From NCBI RefSeq assembly GCF_035594765.1, contig NC_085841.1:330655402-330719401 (forward strand): a DNA stretch of 64,000 nucleotides. Reading direction: 5' to 3'. Shown here piece after piece: positions 11,866-21,261 of this stretch. The notes below the pieces were generated by a model. The model worked only from the letters and a program-made list of their open reading frames with translations. It was not told where the DNA came from and made no database searches. The translations under genes were made by a program, and so were the position numbers. The DNA comes from Anolis carolinensis (taxonomy: Eukaryota). Positions within the stretch are counted from its first letter, which is position 1, and each line of letters starts with the position of its first letter.

Positions 11866-12189
11866 CAGTAGAGTCTCACTTATCCAACACTTGCTTATCC
11901 AACATTCTGGATTATCCAACACATTTTTGTAGTCAATGTTTTCAATATATCGTGATATTTTGGTGCTAAATTCATAAATACAGTAATTACTACATAGCAT
12001 TACTGCCTATTGAATTACTTTTTCTGTCAAATTTGTTGTATAACATGATGTTTTTGGTGCTTAATTTGTAAAATCATAACCTAATTTGATGTTTAATAGG
12101 CTTTTCCTTAATCTCTCCTTATTATCCAACATATTCGCTTATCCAACATTCTGCCGGCCCATTTATGTTGGATAAGTGAGACTCTACTG
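11866..12189. mobile_element. Tc1/mariner-pogo type MITE
   Basis: Full TIRs and TA duplication. Confidence 0.85.
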
Positions 12190-13834
12190 TACTTTGTAAC
12201 AGAGCTATTCAGTGATGTGAATCAGTTTTATGTATAATTCAAGTATTTAGGAGGTCTGAAATTGCAACCAGTTCCATCACAGAATACAGATCTGCATAAA
12301 ATTGAAGTTTGTTTATTTAACTATGTATGCTGATATAAGATCAGTTGGGATTTTCTGCTTGTGATCCCCACAAATAGTGTGGCTCAGCACCTGTGGAACT
12401 CCACTCTATTTACAATCAGGTTGACTCCACCCCCATCTCATGTGTTTCAGGGAGCAGTTACATACATAACTACTATACTCAGCTTTCAAAAATAAGTATT
12501 TGATGTTTCTTTTATAGCTGCTTGTTCATATTGCGCTTATTTTATTTTAGAAGATGTTTCTAATTGGTGAAGTTAAAGAGTTGTGATGAGCTCTAATAGG
12601 AAAGAATGGAGTATAACTCATATTAATAGTAACCACTGCTGCCACCCAATGCAGGGTGATGTCAAAGAGAGGACTGTCCCTGCAAAGTAGGGGAGTTAGT
12701 CCCTTTAGTAAAGATACTGCTTTAGTAGTTACAGCCACTGTTTGTGCTGTTGCAGCTAAATGAGATTTATAGGATTGAATTGTCCAAGCTTAAAAATGAT
12801 GCTTCTTTCTTTGCTTGCTTCTCTAGTGATATTTCTTCATTCTTTTCTCCTATGAGCCACTCTTTCAATTTCCAGGCAATTTTCTTTTATGTATCTATCT
12901 GTCGGAGTCGCTTTAAGTTGAATCTATCTTCCTCCTTTTCCCTATTTATGTCTTACCTTTTTATTTTTTTAATTAGGGTAAGATCCATCCATTCCAGCAA
13001 CCCTGCCCTCAGTCAGATCCACAATGTATTGGACTCAATGTAATATTCCTAATAATTATTACAAATGAATGTTACAGCCTTCCTGCATCGCATAAGTGAT
13101 ATGCAGTTGTTTGCTTTTCTCTAGAACTCTGGCTATGTTCACTAAATTGTCTTTTTAAAAGCTCACATCTTTTCCTGTCCTTTTGAAAGTAATCCTAAGT
13201 TCTTTTGGATGACCATTAGGATTCAGGAGAAAGATGTTATGCTGGCAATTGCTGATGATGGCAGCTGCCATACTGGATGCTGTTATTCCACAGAAAACGC
13301 CAGTGCAATAGTAATTTGTGTGTCAAATTTATACTCCCTGTTTTAACCAAAAAGACTCCCAGAGTGGCTTACAATGGTGAATTTATCATCTATATTGCAC
13401 AGACGATTTGTAATTTAAATTTAAGACATTACACAGAGGAATAAAGCACAGTGAAGAAAATCTTTCACTGTATTACAGCTTACCAGTTTTACAGTAGGAA
13501 AAACTTTACTATTTTTGCTATTGGTTATTGTTCATTGGTTGTTGAGTTTATGCTTTTATGATTGTTATATGTTTTTATGTATTAGTTCGTTGTAATTTAA
13601 TGTATATTATTTTGAATTTTATTGTTGCATTACTGGGCTTGGTCCCCATACAAGCCGCCCCGAGTCCTTTTTGGGAGATGGTACAGGATATAAAGTTATT
13701 TTTATATTATTATTTTGAGATACTTATTTTCTTTTAAACTATATTCCCATTATTTATCTGATGGTCAGTATAGTTAGCTCCTACGTGGTTTTCCTGTAGC
13801 AAAAAAGACTAAAGACTACAGTATTGATATTAAT

Positions 13835-14237
13835 GGTCTGGAGAGCAAGCCCTATAAGGAGCAGCTTAAAGAGCTGGGCATATTTAGCCTGCAGAAGAGA
13901 AGGCTGAGGGGAAACATAATGACTATGTATAAATATGTGAGCGAAAGTCATAGGGAAGACGGAGCAAGCTTTTTTTCTGCTTCCCTGGAGACTACAGGAA
14001 AGGAGATTCCACCTGAACATTAGGAAGAACTTCCTAACTGTGAGAGATGTTCAGCAGTGGAACTCTCTGCACCAGTGTGTGTTGGAAGCTCCTTCTTTGT
14101 AAGCTTTTAAACAGAGGCTGGATGGCCATATGTCGGGGATCCTTTGAATGTGATTTTCTGTCTTCTTGGCAAGGGGTTGGACTAGATGGCCCAGGAGGTC
14201 TCTTCCAACTCTATAATTCTGTGATTCTATGATTCTA
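13835..14237 (+). mobile_element. CR1 LINE 3' end
   Basis: Same sequence family and same 5' junction as 9149-9570; GATTCTATGATTCTA tail. Confidence 0.85.
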
Positions 14238-15157
14238 AGACCACTTATTATTCAATTATTGCAGAATCTTACTGCTTTATCGATGTATGAATGTGTGTTT
14301 TACTAAGATTTTTTTTCTTGGACATGTGGTCCATAGCCTCTCAGCTTTGTTACTTTTTATTTTTCTAATCATTATTAGTATAAATATAAACTGTGGAAGC
14401 AAGAAAAGTGGACAGCATGACAACTTCTGTTCCATTCTGTCCTTTGTGGCAGTTGCTGTTTGGCAATGGGGGGAACATGATGAAAGCAACAACCTCACTA
14501 CTTTTCCCTTCTGGGTTGGGCAGGAAAATGGTGATGGCAGCAAGCAGCTTTGTCATGCCCTGCGCTCTCCTCAATCACAAGTCCTCATACCTATATACCA
14601 GCTCAGAAACAACATATTGAAGTATCTATCAACCTCCTTGTCTGTTCATCTGTCTCTCCTCTCCTCTCTTCTGTTCTACTTTGTTCCTCAGCCTGGTCAT
14701 CTCTTTTCTCTCTATCTCCCTGCTACAATAATCCATCCAGTTGCATATTCAGTTGTTGGGTTTTTTGTTTTAGAAAACCTGCCTTGATTGAGGGGGCTCT
14801 TTTCCAACCCAGAATCATATAAAAATAATGTGAGTCCAAAACATAAAGATCCCCAAAAGGCTATATACTCAAACACAAATGATTGCATACATGTGCTCTG
14901 AAAGCATACCTGGTAAAATTCATTTTTAACAGATTTCTGAACTGTATATTTGGAATGTGGGAAACTGCCTTATACTGATTCAGGTCACTGGTTGGTATTG
15001 TGTACTGCTGTTGAGTTTGATCAGCAGCAGTTCTTCAATATTTCAGACAGAAAAGTATCTCACTTGGGTGTGCAATATATCCACTTCACCACTGAGGTGT
15101 GGTCATTTTCATCTTTCAACTCCTTCAGTACTTAGGCCTTGGCCACTCATTGTACAA

Positions 15158-15292
15158 CAGTGGTTTCTAACCTTTGGTCCTCCAGATGTCTTGGACTTCA
15201 GCTCCCATAATTCCTAAGAGCTAGTAAGCTGGCTGGGATTTCTGGGAGTTGAAATTCCAAACAACTGGAGGACCAAAGGTTGGGAACCACTA
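15158..15292. mobile_element. Short hAT-type palindromic MITE
   Basis: CAGTGGTTTCTAACC...GGTTGGGAACCACTA inverted ends; relatives at ~25389-25523, 28793-28925, 33520-33655, 55221-55341. Confidence 0.7.
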
Positions 15293-16619
15293 CTTCAGAG
15301 GGTCAGCTAGGCTAGTGCCATAGTAATAATCCATGAGATGAAAAGAGTGGGTCTAGAAGCCCATCCCGAATTCCTCACCACTTTGTTGCTCAGTCTGATA
15401 GCTCCTCCAAGTTCTCTAATCACCTTCCAGCTGTAATGAGTCTCTCATCTTGCTGATGAAAATCAGGGTATTTGGTTATGAAAGGGACACTGTTAATAAC
15501 ACGATCTCCCTCTCTCTCTAGACCCCTCCCAGCTTTCCACACAATTCTCTCAATTAACGATAGGCAGAAATTAATTTTTCCCCGGGACTGAAACAATTGC
15601 CTAGTGGAGGATTGCCAGCTCAGATCCAGATAGGATCCTTTCCCAGCAGAGCACAGAGAAAAGAGGAGAGACCAAGGCGATAAGCTGGGCCCTATCAGCA
15701 ACCACAGAACGCCGTAATACAAATGTTATCCTTAGAAATGTATTTAAAGAGGATATGTTTATAATTCGGAAGAGATTGTCAAATTGCTCTCTTTCCCTCC
15801 CATTGCAGCTCCATCTTGCTACGGCTCAGCTACTACCTTCTCTTTGCCACAAAGCTCTTATTGCTTGCATAGGGCTTGGCAGAAATAGTGGCCAAATGAA
15901 CATGTCCCTTCCCTTTTGCCTTCCTATCCACAGAATAGATGAACACCACTTGAAATGGAGAAATGTATGTCTTAATGTCTCGTTGCTTGAAATCATAAAA
16001 GGCAAGGGAAGAAGCTTGCAGAGTTTGCTTACAGATGAGCTAGAAGTTGATGGATACAATGGTTGTGGGTATGGTTTCAGGAATTGTGAGATTTCCCTCT
16101 AATAAATGGAGTCAGGGATATACAGATACCACCTGAAGTGGGAAGTGATAAGAATCCTGGTTGTTGGTAGAATCTAAGGCCTACCAAGATTAAAATAAAT
16201 AACAGATTTACAGGAAACAAACAATCAGCCATGGAGGAAGAGGGAAGAAGTCTTGTCTATTGTAGCATGCCTGTTGTATTAGCAAGCACTTTAGGCAAGG
16301 GAGGAAGGGATTGTAAAGAAAGCTTGGCTGCAATGTTCAATATCTATATACTCTGGGAACTACTGCTTCTGCCATTTGAACCAAAGGGTTTATATAGGTT
16401 TACTCATGGGTCCTTTTCCTCTCTTGTTTCAAGTGCCTATCTCTGGACTTAGGTTTGAACCTGACCATCAAATCCATCCCTTAGCTAGAAAGTTAGCTTT
16501 AAGTTTCAACCATTCCCACATCCAAAGACTTTAAAAACTTCATCAGGGTGGTGAGGAAGAAGCCGAGGGTGCAATTGTTGCTTTGTCCAGTGTTCCTTCC
16601 TTCCTTCCGTCTCTCATTC

Positions 16620-17010
16620 TCTCTTTCAGCGCTGTCCTTCTCAATACCCAGGAAAGATTAACTCCTCTCCGTGCGCCAGAGAAAGTTATTATCATTAATG
16701 AAGAATTAAAAGGGAGCGATTAATAAAAGGGCCTTATCTGGTAACGAGGAGGAGTCTGGACAATGGGAGGAAGATGGAGAAAATGAAAAACAATAAATAC
16801 GAAGTGTAAAAGGAGGCGAGTGCTGCTCCCGCTCGTTAGATCACAGCTGCATCTCCTGAGGGGGGAAGGCTCCAAATTGCTAATTACTGCCTCTGAAAAG
16901 ACCTCTCTCTGATATGTTTGCCGCTGAAAGGCTCCCATTAATGAAGCAGCAATGATGCCGTTTCCCTTTGACTTGCCTTCAATTCCCTCTCTGAGCTTCC
17001 TCCCAAACCG
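16620..17010. promoter_or_regulatory. Candidate conserved non-coding element
   Basis: Unique sequence with retained CpGs and clustered ATTAAT/TAAT/TAATAAAA words; inference only. Confidence 0.4.
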
Positions 17011-18349
17011 GGAACAATGAGGCCCTAGGAGCTGGCGGCTCCCATAGGCCTCGCAGAGACTCGGCCGGGGGCAGCCCAGTGAGGGGAGTTGAGCCGGCTG
17101 TGAAATATGGAGGGGGGAGATAAGGCAAAGACAGAGGAAAGAGGCTCACTCCCAGGAGCCCAGGGAAAATTTGCAGTTATTATGAAGAAGATGAGACAGA
17201 TTAAAAGCCCTTGTGTTCCGCACTGCCCTTTTATTTAGTGGCTTCATCTCGGAGATGAAAGAAGTTGGAAATGACTTTCTCTGCATTTTGCTGCAAGAAG
17301 CTTCACGGCACATTTTTTGACTTTATTCCTCCCTTTGTCTCTTGTCCCTTCTATCTTTCGCTTTAACCCCTGAAAGGTTTAGCTGCGAAGCATCCGGCAT
17401 TCTTCTGGAGCATCCGTTGAGGGAGAGCCAAACAGCTCATTGGCCCCCACCTGCCTTGTTAAGAATGGTTGGGCTTTTCACGGGACAGCTTGGCAAAGCA
17501 AAAGATTAGTGTTGGCCAACAAAGCCAGTCCCAATATGTCCCTCTTTTATCAGTGCATTTTGGCTCAAAAGGGCTGATGGGTAGGAAGATGGAAGCAGAG
17601 TGGCTCCTGCTCCGAACAGATCGTGTGCACACATAAGGCTGGGCAGTAGTGTCTTGTCAATTAACAATTAACCTTTGCATCCCTGCATTTCACAAACATG
17701 AATAAGACTGTCAAGACAGAGAGAGAAAAGAAAAGCCAAATATCTTTCCACTGAAGAAACCAAGGGCAAATTATTTGCCTCTAGATTTATTCAGGAGTTG
17801 TTTTTCTAGGGATAGGGTGGCCACATGTCCTCTTTTATGGAGGATATTCCTCCATTTGAGCACTACCAGAGAATAAACTTTCATTTGAGGATGTCATCTA
17901 TCTGAAAAATATCAGGGATCAGGAAGCTGCCCATCCACACCTATCTGAGTGGCATACCCAGCAGGGCATCTCGTCACTGTCTTTTCCACTTGCATGCAAT
18001 GCCCTGTACTTTTATTGAAATTATAACAATCCTTTTATCGAGTCACAGAAGATTCAGGAATCCACAGGATGAAAACTGGACTTTCTGGTGGTATCAGGTG
18101 AGACTAAGTTGAAGGATGTAAGAATAGCTCTTTTGACTCATACCAGAATCCTCTTTAGTCCAGCAACCAGTTTTCCCACACTGGCAGACCAGATTTTCTT
18201 TTTTGAGAAGCCCATAAGTAGGGCATTTGGGCTATAAACGTCTCCTGCTGTTTCCCCTCTAATTGTCTAATCTCCTGGCACTGCCCTGAGGAGGATCCAG
18301 AGTCAGATCAGTCACAGATCATTCCACACAGGTCAGAGGACTTGATATT

Positions 18350-18818
18350 GGGCCGGGCTGTGGCGCAGCTGTTGAGCAGCTGCCTTAAATCACTCTGACC
18401 ATGAGGTCATGAGTTCGAGGCCAGCCCGTGGCGGGGTGAGCACCCGTCAATTAAAAATTAAAAAAAAATAGCCCCTGCTCGTTGCTGACCTAGCAACCCG
18501 AAAGATAGTTGCATCTATCAAGTAGGAGATAAGGTACCACTTATAAAGTGGGGAGGCAAGATTAACTAATTTACGACCTGGAATGAGGAAGTGCCGTCAG
18601 AGTGGATGATGAAGCAGCTGCTGCCCCCTGTGGCCAGAATCAAACATCCCCTCAGAAGAACGTTAACTTGCCTCTGCGTGTGTCTCTCAGTCTCTGTTTG
18701 ATGTGTTTATGGGCATTGAATGTTTGCCCTATGTGTGTTATAATGTGATCCGCCCTGAGTCCCCTTCGGGGTGAGAAGGGCGGAATATAAATACTGTAAA
18801 TAAATAAATAAATAAATA
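18350..18818 (+). mobile_element. tRNA-derived SINE with L2-type 3' tail (long form)
   Basis: A-box-like TGGCGCAGCTG, B-box-like GAGTTCGAGGCC, tail CGCCCTGAGTCCCCTTCGGGGTGAGAAGGGCGG...(TAAA)n. Confidence 0.75.
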
Positions 18819-19151
18819 TTACCCATCCCCCTGTCCCGCATCCCCAACCAGGTTAATGTGACTCATCAATTATTCTCAAATCTCTTGCTCCATAGCCATG
18901 CAACATTGTATAGCTGTAGAGTCATAGCATCCTTTAGGCACTGCAAACTGCTTCCAGGAAGGCAGAACCATTTGGTCTTCCAGTCTTTTTAATGACTTCA
19001 GTTGATTCCAGTTTTGCTGAAACAATATCTACAAGTATAGCTCAGCATGAAGAGTGCTCTAGGAGCTATCCAGGGTTCTGACCAGAGATTTTTGGGGTCT
19101 GTTGATTGTGCCAATGTAAAGTGATTAGAAGAGAAAGAACTTGTTATGTAT

Positions 19152-19350
19152 AGTTGTGTGTGTATTCAAGTTGACTGTCAACTTATGGCAATCTCATATA
19201 TTTTCTTAGGCAAATGATACTCAGAGATGGTTTTGTCAGTTCCTTACTCTGAAATATTGCCTACAGCATCTGGCATTCATTGGAGGTCTCCCGTCTAAGT
19301 TCTATGGGTCTGACTCTGCTTAACTGACTCTGCTTAAAGATCAGATAGGA
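19152..19350 (-). mobile_element. 5S rRNA-derived SINE, degenerate
   Basis: Similar to 11433-11600 and to the reverse complement of 30291-30402. Confidence 0.6.
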
Positions 19351-19358
19351 TATCATTA

Positions 19359-19623
19359 CAGTAGAGTCTCACTTATCCAACACTTGCTTATCCAACATTC
19401 TGGATTATCCAATGCATTTTTGTAGTCAATGTTTTCAATATATCGTGATATTTTGGTGCTAAATTCATAAATACAGTAATTACTACATAGCATTACTGCG
19501 TATTGAACTACTTTTTCTGCCAAATTTGTTGTCTAACATGATGTTTTGGTGCTTCATTTGTAAAATCATAACCTAATTTGATGTTTAATAGGCTTTTCCT
19601 TAATGCCTCCTTATTATCCAACA
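19359..19623. mobile_element. Tc1/mariner-pogo type MITE, truncated by the L2 insertion
   Basis: Left TIR with TA present; similarity stops abruptly at the L2 5' end. Confidence 0.8.
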
Positions 19624-20268
19624 TGTTTCCATCTGCTGGGCTGTTTCCATCTGCTGCCTGCCAGCACAGGAGAAGGGAGTCCTGCTGACCCACCTCTGGC
19701 CCTGCTACTCTGGAGTAAGGAGGAAAGGAAGAGAGTGGAGGAAGCCCTTAAAAACTCCTGCTTCTGGACTCTTCTTGCTGTTTCCATCTGCTGCCTGCCA
19801 GCACAGGAGAAGGGAGTCCTGCTGACCCACCTCTGGCCCTGCTACTCTGGGGTAAGGAGGAAAGGAGTGTGGAGAAGGAGAAGTGGAGGAAGCCATCGGA
19901 CCGGGAGGCTGCCTTCACTGGAGTCATCGCCTGCCACCTCAGAGGGTCCGCTTGGACAGCTTTCGTCGGACTGAATGCTCCCCATTGGAGATTTTTAGAT
20001 TCGCATATGGATATTGCTGTACTTGTCTAAAGAGTGTCCCTTATTAGATTTAATGTGTCGCCGCCACTTGGCTTTCTCCCCATTTTTGTTTCTTACCTAT
20101 CCCTTTTAAACCTATGTTTTTAGCAGTGTGAGTCAATTGAGTATACTTAACTCACATTGTTATAATTGCTTTGAGTAATTAGTGCCTTGGTGCCTTTATT
20201 CAGGACTGGGTTGTGTAGAAGAAGGAGGGTCTGGCTAGAAGAGTAGAGTAGTAGAGTTGTAGTAGAGA

Positions 20269-21261
20269 ATGAGTCAGACAGATGCACACAGGAACCACGA
20301 TCTATCCCAGTTATGCCACCTCATGGGTAGATCGTTTAGCCTCGTCCTCTCTCAGCTCGTAACAGTGAATGAGAAATTAGATCATCTCCTCAAAGGAATT
20401 TTGTTACTGGTAAACACCACTAGACTACAGGATGTTCCTGGGGAGGATAATAATAATACTGGTTATGATCTAAAGGAGGCCAGTTGTCCTTCAGATTTGG
20501 TGGGAGAGGTAGAACTTGGGCTCCAAAAGGGTAGTAAGGAGCTAAGATTAGAAAATGACGAGGGAGGGGATGATTTGTTTGTTGATCAAACTGTTCAAAG
20601 GAGGGAAGGTATGGATCTAGATTTGGCAGCGGTGAAGCCGATAACTAATTCTCCGTTGGAGGGGGATTTCTCTCCTCCATACGCAGAGGATTACTATGAA
20701 CATCTTGTACAGACGAAACAGCTGGCTTTTCAAATTGAAGACTCTATATTGAACAGGGGTAGATGGACCTCGGAAAGAGTGATCCAGAGGTCCTTGGGTC
20801 AAATTCTTTCAAGGAGCCTGACGACAGTCAAGCTAAAGATGATCACTTGGCTCCATAAGGGCTATCAATCATATGATCGCTCTTTACGCCTTATCTTCAC
20901 TTTTGAGAATAAGTCTATAACAGAGGAATTATGGGCCCTTAGGTTCCGGCTGCTCTCATGGGGCATTACCATTAGAAGAGTATTTGTGGACCCCGTGATT
21001 CGCCCTTTGGTGGCCAACCTATCTTTACACACTCAACCATCTGTTAGGCCCAGAGATAATAGGATGTGTAGTCCTCAGCATAGGCTCCCCCCTTTAGAAA
21101 AGTCTCAATTAGAGACTCTGGCCCAATCATTTTCCGTACCAGACCAGCAACTTTCACCCTCTTCAACCTCACTACGTTTTTCCAGTAGGCCCCATTTATC
21201 CCCTTCTTTTGAAGTAAAGTTAGATGGTGTGTCTAGTAACCTTTTGGATCCAGGGAGCTGA
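20269..21261 (+). CDS. L2 ORF1 protein (330 aa; putative coiled coil plus RRM-like domain)
   Basis: Intact ATG-initiated ORF directly upstream of, and in frame with, the APE-RT ORF. Confidence 0.7.
   Translation: MSQTDAHRNHDLSQLCHLMGRSFSLVLSQLVTVNEKLDHLLKGILLLVNTTRLQDVPGEDNNNTGYDLKEASCPSDLVGEVELGLQKGSKELRLENDEGGDDLFVDQTVQRREGMDLDLAAVKPITNSPLEGDFSPPYAEDYYEHLVQTKQLAFQIEDSILNRGRWTSERVIQRSLGQILSRSLTTVKLKMITWLHKGYQSYDRSLRLIFTFENKSITEELWALRFRLLSWGITIRRVFVDPVIRPLVANLSLHTQPSVRPRDNRMCSPQHRLPPLEKSQLETLAQSFSVPDQQLSPSSTSLRFSSRPHLSPSFEVKLDGVSSNLLDPGS

Noticed and set aside
14287-14787. 166-aa hydrophobic ORF
   Set aside because: Low-complexity T-rich sequence; no family motif or splice support.
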